Part shown: positions 1-12,600 of the stretch, in pieces
Layout: the number at the start of each line of letters is the position of its first letter
Position numbering within the stretch: the stretch's first letter is position 1
Source: Lingula anatina
Lineage: Eukaryota; Animalia; Brachiopoda
Direction: 5' to 3'
DNA length: 64,000 nucleotides
Assembly (NCBI GenBank): GCA_051362555.1
Contig: CM120642.1
Coordinates: forward strand, 33,604,001-33,668,000
Program-made: the position numbers and the translations under genes
The notes under the pieces: model-generated
What the model was told of the DNA's origin: nothing
The model's database searches: none
The model's input: the letters and a program-made list of their open reading frames with translations, nothing else

Positions 1-109
1 ATTAATTATTCAAGGTGTGACGGAGAACCCACGAGCTGGAGCACACTATTGTCCTCCATTGATTGTTCTGTGCTCAATAGAAAAAGTGTAGAAATACCAA
101 AACAAAGCT

Positions 110-299
110 ATGGGGCGATTCAGCAAAATGGTGTGGATTGGCTGTTTTTCCATATTATGTGCTTTACTACTGGTACATTGTTTTGTGAACATGAGTATCT
201 ATGCTGAAATACACGGTGACACCGATACTGGTAGATTGCCGAAAGATCCACGAACTGAAGAGAAATCGCACAATATGAGTTTTGCTGCCAAAGGAGACG
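110..299 (+). CDS. C1GALT1: Alternative first coding exon (tail/TM/stem) of the C1GALT1-like gene
   Basis: MGRFSKMVWIGCFSILCALLLVHCF...DTDTGR...EEKSHNMSFAAKGD is homologous to exon 983-1160. 190 nt, phase-1 donor G|GTAACC at 300, in frame with acceptor TTCAG|1335. Confidence 0.65.
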
Positions 300-982
300 G
301 TAACCTTTTTTGCCGATTATAGTTTATATAAGGTTTATGTTGTCTACAATGTCAGTGGTCGTTTTTAATTACTGAAGTTCGCTCGTTTGCCTCTCAACGA
401 AATGCATTTCGTAAAATTTGGTATGTTTTATTTCATTTCAGAAAGAAACTTTAATCTGCTTGTCTGTAGGTTTGGCAATTGGTGTTTTATTATCCTAAAC
501 TGCTAAAGCTAATTTGACACATTTGTGTCCTTTCATTCATCTCGATGCGTGCCTCTTCCTTGTTGACATTTACCTAGATGCAGGTGCAATGAGCATAGCA
601 TGCCTTTCACCAACTTTAAGATGCTTGTGCTTGTGACTGTCTTTGGTTTTTATATCGCTTTTCTCAACAAAGCTTTTACCGTAATGCTCTATGGATATTT
701 TTCCATAACTAGCCCTATTTCAATTCCACCATGCATAGACAATGTGCGCACAGTAAAAGATTTAGTAACGCGCACATCTTCCTGTGTTACGACACATTGA
801 TTTGCCTTAATGGTAGCCATAGTTAGAAACTGTTATGCAGCACTTTTTGCATCATTTGGAGGTTAAAACGCTTTTTAACGAACAACAAAGGTGGTTTGTC
901 AACCCAGGCAAAATACCAATAAGCTGCTTTTAGATCAAATTATATCAAAGGAGGAAATATTAGACTTACATGAACAAGAGCA

Positions 983-3157
983 ATGTGGAGAATAAGGAAC
1001 ATTGTATGTTTTGTCAATTTCGCCATATTGTGTGCTAACGTGTATCTATGGATGAACACTTGTGTTCAAATGGATGGTAACATAGATACAGTCAGGATAT
1101 TTGAACCTCCACAAACCGGAGAGAAATTGCGCCACAAGAGCGATGCTGCAAAGGAACAAGGTGACCTAGATACACTTTTTGATTGCGTTTAAGCGGTTGA
1201 ACGATAAAATATAGAATAAAAACCAATTTAATATGCATTTACTGGCGTTTTGAAATATCTCCGTTTATCTCTGCTGTCTAGCAACAATATGAACTTCATA
1301 ATGAATTTGCATTTTTTTTTTCATTTAATTTCAGAAGCAAAATATAGGATCCTTTGTTGGATATTGACAGACCCAGATGATTTGGACAATAGAACGATTC
1401 ATGTCAAAAATACATGGACACAAAAGTGTGATATTCGCTTATTCATGAGCTCCAAAGAGAACAAAAGCTTTCCTACGATTGGACTAAATGTTAGCAGCGG
1501 CAGAGAGCATATTTCAGCTAAGTCAAAAGCGGCTTGGACGTACGTCCACAACAATTTTGCCGAGCAAGCAGAATATTTCATTAAAGCTGATCCAGATACT
1601 TATGTAATCGTAGAAAACTTACGAAAGTACCTTTCTCATCGCGATCCAACAGTAGCGGAATATATCGGCCATACTTTGAAATTAAAACGGCACAACTTCA
1701 CGTACATGAGCGGAGGATCGGGAATTGTACTTTCCAGAGAAGCTCTTCGACTTCTAGTCACAAAAGCTTTCCCACTACGACCCACCTGTATTCCTGACGG
1801 TGAAGGTGAGGGTATGCCCTTGTTATTTCCAAGAATGGCAACATTTGGGATAACAACTTGGTTAATCCCCCCCCCCACCATTTGTTTCACAAACGTTACT
1901 ATTAAATAATTCTAAAAAGATTAAAATATTGCCTTTTTGCTATTTACAACCCAATTTACTGTCTCACTTCTTACAAAGGTTCTTACAATACCGAGTTTCA
2001 TCTGCATTGTTCTTACTGTGCACTAAAGCCTAGGTCCCAACTACGTTTTGGACGCACGGTTTTTAGGTTCCTTGCGTCCGGCTAGGACGTAGCTAGATCG
2101 CACGTAGCGGCTGTTGATCATGTCGAAAAGTTTCTACGCGCTGTTTGCGTCCTCCAATAGTCGCACGATGGATGTGCTCCTCACGCACGCACTCCCTCGT
2201 TTTCCCCATTTTTTGGCCGTAGACCGCACATAGCAGCCCGTATGTTCGGTTTGGACCTAGGCTTAACTGACGTGTTTCGAAACATGTTTGACATACTGTC
2301 ACTGTCATGTCTCATCAATATGTATAATTAAAGTACTGACGTTATCGTTGCGAAATGATATTCTTTGAATATTGTTGGCATTTAAGACTTACTTCACGGA
2401 TATTTTTCACTTTATCTCAGGCGAGGACTGGAAGACTGCTCAGTGCCTTTCCATGGTTGGAGCTAAAGCTGTCAATACCAGTGATGAATTTGGTAGAGAG
2501 AGGTTTTTACTCTATAGACCGGAAATACACATCCTGGGCCTCTACCCGCCGTGGTTTTATGAGAAAGATCAGAACAACGCTAGACGGGTACTGGGACAAT
2601 TATTCCACTTTATAACCTCGGTTTTGATAGAGTCAAACACAAGTCAACAAAGATTTTATTGTACAATTAAATCAAAGGCAATGTTCATAATTGAAAGTTA
2701 TCAAACGCCAGCCGAAAATTTTTCATGCCATTAGCTTACGGTCAACCTAGACGTAGTAGCTTTCATCAGACTGACGTGAGCAGAGGTTGACACTCACTGA
2801 CAGCTAAGAGGTTTATACAGTCAATGACTGTCAACAACTGCTCTCATCAGTCTGGTGAAGGCCTCGTCCAGGTTGACCGTAAGGTAACGGTATGAAAGTA
2901 TTTATGATTCAACTACCAAACTAATGAACATTTTTGCTCAAAGGAACTGTTATTTTAACGATTTAAATGCAACTTTAATAATGACTATTTAGGGATATAT
3001 ATTTGGTCAAAAAACATTCACAGGTTTATTTTATCTTACTTTTCAGGGAATAAACTGCTGTAGTGACTTTCCTATAGCATTCCACTACATAAACCCCTTG
3101 GAGATGTATGTGTTCGACTATCTTTTGAACCGTGTACACGTTATGAGGACGAACTAG
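983..3157 (+). CDS. C1GALT1: Glycoprotein-N-acetylgalactosamine 3-beta-galactosyltransferase 1-like (core 1 synthase, GT31); exons 983-1160, 1335-1805, 2421-2587, 3047-3157 (~308 aa)
   Basis: Motifs RILCWILT, KNTWTQKCD, KADPDTY, VENLRKYL, YMSGGSGIVLSREAL, GEDWKTAQCL, GINCCSDFPIAFHYINPLEMY. N-terminal type II TM segment. All junctions GT-AG with consistent phases 1,1,0. Stop TAG 3155-3157. Exon 2 donor could also be after 1799 or 1811 (same phase). Confidence 0.88.
2027..2263. mobile_element. MITE, PIF/Harbinger (Tourist)-like, in C1GALT1 intron 2
   Basis: TIR AGCCTAGGTCC...GGACCTAGGCT with TAA on both sides (2024-2026, 2264-2266). Confidence 0.75.
2721..2897. mobile_element. Foldback/hairpin MITE-like element in C1GALT1 intron 3
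   Basis: Imperfect palindrome: TTTCATGCCATTAGCTTACGGTCAACCTAGACG...CGTCCAGGTTGACCGTAAGGTAACGGTATGAAA; arms ~75 bp. Confidence 0.65.
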
Positions 3158-6100
3158 GATAGGTGACGATTATTACAAACTGAAAAGTGCATGCCGTCGG
3201 TAATTTTGATGATTTCTTCGTTTGATTTTTCTTTTTTTATTCGGATCAGTTTCTGATAGTTTTTCTGTGGCCATTTTAAATGTTTGGTTTCTTGCAAACT
3301 TGGAGCAGCTTTTATGGAAATCACTTTTGCCGTGTCTCTGTCGTGGTAATTCAGACAAGATTTCTTTTGTATCTAGAAAGGCAGTCAGAGAGCGCGGACC
3401 GACGCAAAAGCCAATGATGAAGAATGCTTTAAAATTCTTGTAACCAGTGGGTGATGTGGATCACTTCTCACCACCATATTCTAATCACTTAGAAGCCCAT
3501 TCGTGACATATCCAGTAAATTCCATCAAAATCCATGTAAAATTTATCGAGTTATCCTGGTGACAAACAAACACAAACGACGCCAAAGGCATTTGTCAATT
3601 ATCCCAGTTTTGGCTCAGTAAATCCCCGAGACGACCCCACCCAAAGTCATTATTTGCAAAATATTGTCAAAATGAATACAACAGAAAAGCAACCGCCAGA
3701 CGGCGGCAACAGGCGACGGCTGCGACTTCAACGCACCGAAAGTTTTTTATTTTCACCTAATTGGAAAGAGGGCAGGGTTTACAGGTGCTTACTAGATGCA
3801 GGAGTATCTTAGTTCCGCGTCGAATGGTAATTCCAATACGAATGATCCTTTGAACGTTCCAGGAGGCTTTATGGCATCAGGATCATCTCACTGATTATTT
3901 ACAAATTATGCATAAAGGTTTTGATTGCATTTAATTTGGGGGTACATAAACGAAAGCTTGATGATGCTGGAATATACATGTAGGGAATATCGTTTACTGG
4001 ATAATACGCCGCAAAATCTTACATGAATGTAAAAAAAGCAAACAACTCAAATGTTTCTGTAAGTTTCAAGTATATGCTTTTTGCCATTTGAATACTTTTA
4101 GCGGAAACTTTGAAATTCTCTGCATTGCCAAGATCATGATTTCTTCAAAGAAATAGTTTTAATGTTAACTGTTGCAACATAATACAAGCATGAGACCGGG
4201 GAGGCCCCCCTCTCTCTCAGCGGATTCCGAAAGTTGACATAAAAACTGATAATTTTCAATTCTTGCTTTTGTTAAAAAGTGAATACTACAAGCTCATTTT
4301 TTCCACAAATAGCTCATTTTCTTAAATGATTCCATTAGAACCATCTGAGATAGCTGAATTTGGAGTAGTGATGTCAGAAATGATCGAGTACGGTGCAGCA
4401 AACGACTAAAACTTTCTTTGCGGTTATTTCCCCATTTATATTCTATATTCTCTTTAATGTTTTGCAAGAATAAAATAAAATGGGAAATGAAAATTGATTC
4501 AAACGTGTTTAATTTTTTTTATATTTTAAAAGTAGCGAAAGTAATCTTTGAGTATGTTAACCACTAGATAACACTCATAACACGGTTGCTTTTGAGATAA
4601 ATGGTTGTTCAGTTTAGTTTTATTTGTAAGCAAACATGAGAAAAACGCATGGTCAAGTGCGGTATACAAGGTTTCGTGAGGTTGCCACTGAAGAGCTCAG
4701 GCTGAAGATTTCCCATGATAAACGGAATGCATCGAGTTTGCCACCTTAACAAAATCACGACAAAAAATCCACCATAAAGGTTATATTTATTATCAGTTAA
4801 TGTTGTTTGCTTGATCAATGATTTACAAAATAGCATCTCAGTTAATTTTCATATTTCTTAATGAAGATCAGTTGTTGCGTTCACTTTCACTTTCATATTT
4901 GCTGTCGTAAAAACTTTTTAATAAAAACAGACATCCCCCACTTGGATACACTACAATAACTAGGTGCACGATCTAAAAACACTACAAAACATATAATACA
5001 TGCATAAATATTATATAATATCATCATAGAATAAGGAATAATGTACATGTACTATAGTAATATGTATAATAATTAAAACGACTTACATAGTGTATAAAGT
5101 GGCCAGCGAATAACATATAAAAGACTACAGTACAAGTACAGTTTATGTTCCACAGAATTGTAGAGGGCGCTCTGGTCCTCTGGCAGTGCTAGGCTTTTTA
5201 GACTACATATATGTACACAACTCCACAGAAATATTAATTAATTCAACAGAGTTACTTTAAAGCACGAAAAATATTTTGGCCTGTGTCGTTCTGTCCTCTC
5301 ACTCACCAAATCATGTTCAAAGATACTTGTAACTGTTATAAATGTGAATTTTCCTATACATCTCATTGGAATATCATATTCAAATCAATTACAAGTACTC
5401 CAATAATATGGCCTTCTTTATTACTCTTTTCTTAATGGTAATTTTTACTGACATCTTTTTGTTTATAGCAGGAGTTGACAGGCATCCCACTTTCCCAACT
5501 TAACTCTTCTTACTCTTTGAACATTTTCATTTTCTAAAGCTTCCAATAAAACTGAGCATTAAAGTTAATAAAATCATTAAACAAACTTCTGTTAAAGCAT
5601 TTGGCAGATTTTTTACAATTGCCCCAAGTCATTGCAAGTTATATAATTGTTATCTTCAATCCAATTGTTTAGAATTGACATGATACATTGTTCAAATCAT
5701 TCTCTCCACACCTCCACTGTGGTGAAAATATTGCCAAAGTATAAATATGTTGGCATTCATGCAAGACTACCATGTAACTAACAAGAACAAAAAGCAAATC
5801 CAATGGAATGCCCAACAATACTTAAATCAAGAAAAACACACATATTAGGATACCCAGACTTCAGATAAAGGGGACAAAAAATTGAGATATTTTCTCCCTC
5901 AGCAGTTAAAATCTATCATTTATGTTACTGGATTTCTATGCAATTAGCACCATTCTATAAGTGAATATAAAACCCATCACTTTCTTTAAAATGCAAGCAA
6001 CAAATAGGAATAAAGAAACAGATGAAAGTGAAAAACCAGCAAATCTCGAAATATGCTCACACACTAAATGTTGGCATGAGAGGCTTTTTTTTAAATGCAG

Positions 6101-6589
6101 ACAAATCATTCTCCTAGTGTAGTATCCCCCTTGAATGGTTTGGTTGATAAGTCTTACAAAAATCTAAAGTCAAAGCCCAAACCTTACAGCAAAAGTGAAA
6201 TGCAGACAATTGTCTTTTGAGAAGATAACAAACGGGCTTTATATAAGTATAACAATTGAGTTTACAAACTTTAAAAATGCAACAATAATTGTTTGACAGA
6301 TTCTGAATGGCTTGCGTTATGTGCAAACTTCAATAACTAAGACTAAAATAGTTTACCCTTCCCAAGTCTCGGAAAAAAAGTAAAAATTTACAAACTGCTT
6401 AATGGAGGCAACCATTTCTAGTTAAAGTCCACCCCCAACCCCCACCCCAAAATCTCTCCCCTTAAAAAAAGCAGGTGCTGTAAGTTACACAAACAACCAA
6501 CAAATGGTTGACAATAATATCTTTGAGGTAATTTTTGGATATTTTGCAAATTGGGACTCTGAAGATCCCCCCTCCCCAATACTTTATCC

Positions 6590-6592
<3 letters not shown>

Positions 6593-6626
<34 letters not shown>
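6593..6626. repeat. (TA)n microsatellite in laminin 3' UTR
   Basis: Direct reading. Confidence 0.95.
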
Positions 6627-6630
<4 letters not shown>

Positions 6631-6673
6631 CAGTGTCCCTTCTGATAGGTCCTCTGTTAAACTGAAGCTCAAA

Positions 6674-9600
6674 CTATCGCCTGCCCTGCGCTCCAGATTC
6701 CAGCTTGGGCCGTTTAAAGCAGCCATCTGGCAAGACGTCCTTAATCTGCTGAATATTCTCTACTTGTTCTCGTAGGTGTATAAGATCCAGAGTATACTGT
6801 TCCATTTGCTGCAGCTGAATTAATTGAGCTTTTGAAAGTTCTTTTAATTTCTTATCAATTTCAGCTTCCAACAGTGCTTTATCTGCTTCAGCTAGATTTT
6901 TCTCCAGAATATCCAAACGTGAAGTGTCAATCATTTCTAAATTAGCTGTAATAACAAAAACATTGTATTAAGGTGGAATGTCAGTAAAATGTATGGCAAC
7001 TTAAACAAACAAACATGATATGTTCAATGTGAACACTAACAACTATGTATCACACAACCAGAGAACAAAATAATCATTCATTTTAGTTTCATAAAGGGCA
7101 ATGGAGAGGTTCAGACAGATCATTTTTTTAACATAAAAAATCTGTTAACTGACAAATAATACAGAATAATGCCATTGCCCTTAACTATACCATCACAAAA
7201 TCAGATTTAAAGTGACACAAAGCTCTCTACTAAATGAGGTTGTTGTGCAAAGACTTTGTAAGTCCATGCTTGGTGAGTAAATAGCGAGTCTCACTGACCT
7301 TCTGAAGACTTCCCAATCATCAGTAATTAAGACTTACCTAATTCTGACAGAATGTCGTTAACATCTTTTAGTGCTTTTCCCACTTTGTCTGAAGATTCCT
7401 GAGCACTGGCTTTGGCTCTATCTGCCTTTCTAAGAGCCTGAAAAAGTTTACAACAATGATAAGGAAACTGTTCATTAGTACAGATATCAAGGGAAAAGGG
7501 CAAGTAATAATTGCAAATAGGAAGTATTATAATTATTGGTATTTCTTCAATACTAAAACCATAATACTAAGGTATAATATGTATAAAACACTGCACCCAT
7601 ACTGTCAATTTTTTCACCCCTTTGTACAATCCTAAACCACACTTCAGTTGCCAGTAAATTAATGTTTTATAATCTACCTGGTCTGTGAGATTCTTGTCCA
7701 CATCAGCTTGACCATCAAAGTCCATCAGTTTATCTGCTGCTGCCTTCACATCACCCTCCAAGGCATCTGCTCTATCCCTGGCGGCAGTGGCGGCATTCTT
7801 CGTCTCCTGGGCTTCTCCTAAGATTTTTGTTGCTTCCTACAAACATCAACATGTTCAGATAAATGCACCAAACAAGTTATAAATGTTAAGTATTTCAACA
7901 TTATCAAAAGTTAAAAAAACAAAAACAAACTTCATACTTTTTGCCATACTAATGGCTAATTTAGTAACTTGCTAACAATACTTTGAAAAAGCCCCCTAGT
8001 TACCGTGGCAGCCATTTCAGAAATGTCCTTGGCCTCCAGAGCGAGTTTCTCTGCCAGCGTGGCATTGGCCTCAGCACCACTCAGGGCGTCCCTGGCCTGC
8101 TGTGTCTTCCTGTTCGCCTCGTCCAAGAGGCTCTCGATGTCTGGAATCTTCTTCATGGCTTCCTCCGCCTGCGCCTTGCTACGCTGCACCTGGTCATCAA
8201 AATCTACCAGAAAGAAACAGAATATCAATTATCAAAGTCCTTAATCTTACCACATTTTCTTGACACCTATTATTTTTCACTCGAACCATCTCCCTTTAAA
8301 ATGCTTTGTAAGAAATCTGTTACCCTCTAAACTGATTTCTATCAGATAAAACAACAGTGTTATACAAAAGGGAAGGTATATCTTCCAGTTTGGTTAACTG
8401 TTCAAAACGTGAAACCATACAAAACTGTTTTAATGGTCAGTTTGTGATGACCTCTCATAAACCCACCTTTCAAAATTGCCAAAGTTTTCTGAGCATCCTT
8501 CAGGGTTTTCTCTCCTTTGGCCACGGCGTCTCTGGCCACGGCTCTGGCGGCATCGGCCTCCGCTAACAGCTCATCAGCTATCTAAATGTCACAAGGAGAC
8601 AATTAATATCCCAGAATTATGCCAAGTTTTAATGTCATTACATTTACATCCCAGTAAAGGTATCACAGTGAGGGCTGATACAGCCTACGAGGCATGAACT
8701 TCTCTAAAGACATCATGTGCAGAATTGAAATTGTCCATTTACACTTCCATTCTGTTCAAGAACATTTTGACCCAAGAAGAGTTTTAGTTTATAAGACATG
8801 GACCTTTAATATCTCACATAGCTTCACCACAAGACTCCTGCTATCAAATGTGCAATAACTACAGCTCAAACCTGTCAGCTATACAACATATCTCCCCTAT
8901 CAATAAGTTGACAATGTGGAATATAACCCACATATGCAATGAAGTATTCAATCTAGATCTACCTGTTGTTGCCTGATGCCATCTTGGAGTAGTTCCTCAG
9001 CTGTAGCTCTCTGTTCAGTCACGTCTTTCATCAATTCCTCATTTTCCTTGATCAGTGTCTCAGCATCATCTTTAATACCCGCAGCCTGACAAAGAAAGAC
9101 AACTTGAACGTCCATAACTCCATTACAATAAACAGGACCAATCAAGAAGTCACACATAAGTATATTTACTGGTCAAATTCTAGAGAAACAATTGGTTCAA
9201 AATGAAAACCACTTTAATAATTTTTCACTGAGTTAACTTGGAATAGGCTACGGCCCCATTCAGAATAGGGAACTAATTGGTTGAAGGGTCAAATATGGCG
9301 ACCCACTACAAAGCTTGCTGCCTAATCCACTAATAGACAATGAATAGATATCCCGTGGGGAAGTATTCAAGTGGGTCAGCCATATTTGACCCTCGTACTT
9401 GTTAGTCCCATATTCTGAATGGGGCCTAACAGATACAAATTAATGATAACTTACATCATTTTTGGTGCCAGTGATATTGGTGCGGAGGTCTGGGAGTTTC
9501 AGGTCTGGTAACATCAGAGATCCCGCACTGGTATACAGGTCCAGGGCCTCATTATAGGCATCCACGGCCAGGTCCCGCGCCTGCTTTGACAGCTGCTCGG

Positions 9601-12600
9601 TTCTGTCGTAAAGATCACTGGACCCAGACACCCTAGAGAGAAAATTTATGAATAAGAAAGCATTTTACTGGGAGAGTATCTAAGAATGATGATAATTTTT
9701 TATAAGGATTAAAAGCTGATTGTAGTGAGGTTCAAAATAACAATTTATCTTATTCTCATAATTTTATCTGGTTCAATATGAAGACATTAAACTACAAATT
9801 TTACAAATGATAACATATATTTATCATTGGGCAACCAAAAACATTATCAACTTTTTAAGTATCTGTTCTCAATCAAAGGAACAAAAACTTTTATAGTTTT
9901 CATTTCTTAAGTTGGTATTTTTTTATCATCAGATTTATTTCTTCATCAAACACTCACTGATCCTTTAATTTCTTAATCTGCTCAGCTGTCTTGTCTGGCT
10001 CCTCTGACGTCTGCTGCAGCAGTTGCAAGGCCTCCTGGGAGATATTCAGGGCCGTCCTTGACGTCTGATCTATAGCACTAGCCTCCTCCTCTTGTCTACA
10101 AACACAATACTCAACTAGTTACAAGGTAAAAATCAGGTCAATTTTGTTGCATTTTACTGATCTTACTTTAATTATCTATTTATTTATTCATTCATTCATT
10201 CGTTTCCGCAATATAAATTATTTTAGCTAAATCAAAAATAAATGCAAATAATAAAAACTTCTCTGTCCTTCTGTAAACATCCACACCCCATCAGACAGCT
10301 CTGCACTTACTTCTCCACCAGTTGCCTTGCCTCTCGTGACATATTGGTCAGTTGTGCTGACTGTTGACCAGCGAGAGCCAGGGCATCCTTCGCCTTCATC
10401 AGCGCCCTCTGGCCCTCATTCTGCAAGTACTGCTCGGCATCGCTGAGTGCTGCTCCTGCCCGCGTGATGATGTCGTTTGCTGTGGCCAGATCAGAGTTGA
10501 CGGAGCTGACGCTGGTTTCTCCCTTCTGTACATTATTAGCTATGGTCTGAACCTGTACCATCAGCTCTCCTAAAGCCTCATTCAACATGGACAGCTCTTT
10601 GCCTATTGGGCTTCCCTCACCTTCAATTATACATCATATTTTGTATCATTATATAAAACTTTCATCTGCCACAGTCCAACCAGTTCCTCCGTTTTTTAGA
10701 TGTCACAAAAATTATTTCAATGTTTCAATTGCCCTAATGGACACACTGGTTTTATGATTATCAATAGTAACAAAATGACACAATATAAATACCTCGCTAA
10801 CCAAGGTCTAATTGTGCGGATCCTTATCAACGGGAAAATTTTCTATAAATTCCATCAATTTAAGAAAACTTAACATATTGATAACATTTCTTTAAAACAT
10901 CAAATAAAGAAATCATCTAACAGAAAAAATATTCCAACCACAGCTCAGCAAAAACCCACCTGATGCAAAGAGAGCGTCTGCCAGTAGTGCATTCACAGAG
11001 GCATTCACCTCATCCAGTCTTCTCAGAAATTCTGTGTCGTCGATGGTGGTGGTGTTTGGCTGCCCAATGCTGGCAATCATGTTCTGAAGGGTGATCAGCT
11101 TACGGCGGTGTTCGTTCACTCTGTCCTGTACCAGACTATAGCATGGCGGACAGTCTGAAACAAATAAATTATATATTTATATATATGTATAAAGAGAGAG
11201 AGAGAGAAAGAGAGAGAGAGAGTTACTGCAAATGAGTGACCGTTCACAAAACTGGAACCTGGATGACAATTACCATGGTGACCAAACATGATAATAATTA
11301 TAGAAATTGATTCACAAAGTGGAAAGGAAAAATATAAGTATTTTACCACAGACTTACTTTTTCCTTAAAATCTCAAACTCCCACACCCTTCCCACTCACA
11401 ATTAAGATACTCCAATCCAGATTTAATACACTGATCAATTCATCTGAACATTAAACCCTAGTGATCAGTTCAATGTTCCCTTACCTATGCAGCCTGCAGT
11501 GATGTTGTACTTATTTTCCTTACACCTGTCACACTGCCGTCCCTCTGTATTCTCTTTACAAGGACACTGCCCACTGTACACGTCACACTGGGCATCAAGA
11601 GAACCCTCGGGACTACACTCACACGCTGGAAATATTTTAAAATATAGAATTGTAAGCAATACCAGAATTCCCATCATTTCCAGAATTATCAAACACTAAG
11701 TTTATAAAGTATGGAAAACTGTTAGTTAAAAAAGGGGCAAGTTTTCTTTCTTTCTTCCTTCTGAATCATAAACTAAAATGTGTAACACAAGCATAAAGCT
11801 ATCATCTTTAAAAACTTTCTGTCCAGTTTCATGTCTTATTCAACACATTGTCTCTTTTCGATCTCACAGCCAAGCTCAAAGCTAAGTGAGGCTGGACTTT
11901 AAAGCCACCCCTCACCTTTACAGCCCTCCAGTGAGAAGCCATACTGGTACGGCAGACACTGGTCACATGTTCTCCCTCCTACGCCAGGTTTACAGCTACA
12001 CTGACCAGTCTGAATGTCACAGGTCAAGGCCGTAGAACCCACTGGGTCACACATACACATCTCACAGCCTGAAATATAGGTCACAGTATGGTTATACTAC
12101 ACATTGCTATCATTTGAATTAGTAATAGATTGCTACAGCTAACAGCTTGAAGACACAGTGCTGCCAAGTACACGGGACATATTTATATCTTCCTGATGCC
12201 TTCACTTTATGATTGTATCATAATAATATAAATTTCATGATTAAGTTAAGTAGCTTCTAATATTACAATAGCGATGCAGATTTAACACTTAAGTACCTTC
12301 CTGAAACAAGGTCCCTACTCTGCACAGTATTTTTTCATTACACTGTGTCAATCTTGTGATTTCATTAGCTTCACAGCTGTTTTTATCATCTACTAGCTTA
12401 CAACTTTCAGAAATATTCATCTTTTAGTCAACTTTCAAGCAGCTGACATCACACCCACCATTCCCGCTATCAATGTTATAATATCCGTCCTGACACCTGT
12501 CACACTGCCGTCCAGTGACATATGGCAGACATGGACACTGGCCTGTCCTGGCCTCACACAGCAGAACGCCATCTGGTGCACTGGCTGGTCGTCTTGATCC

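Noticed and set aside
600-800. Hydrophobic 66-aa ORF as a third C1GALT1 first exon
   Set aside because: No homology to the other two exons; the plausible donors checked (681, 753, 765) are phase 0, not phase 1.
3173-3443. Lys/Arg-rich minus ORF and overlapping plus ORF
   Set aside because: Low complexity, no domain or splice support; overlaps the C1GALT1 3' region.
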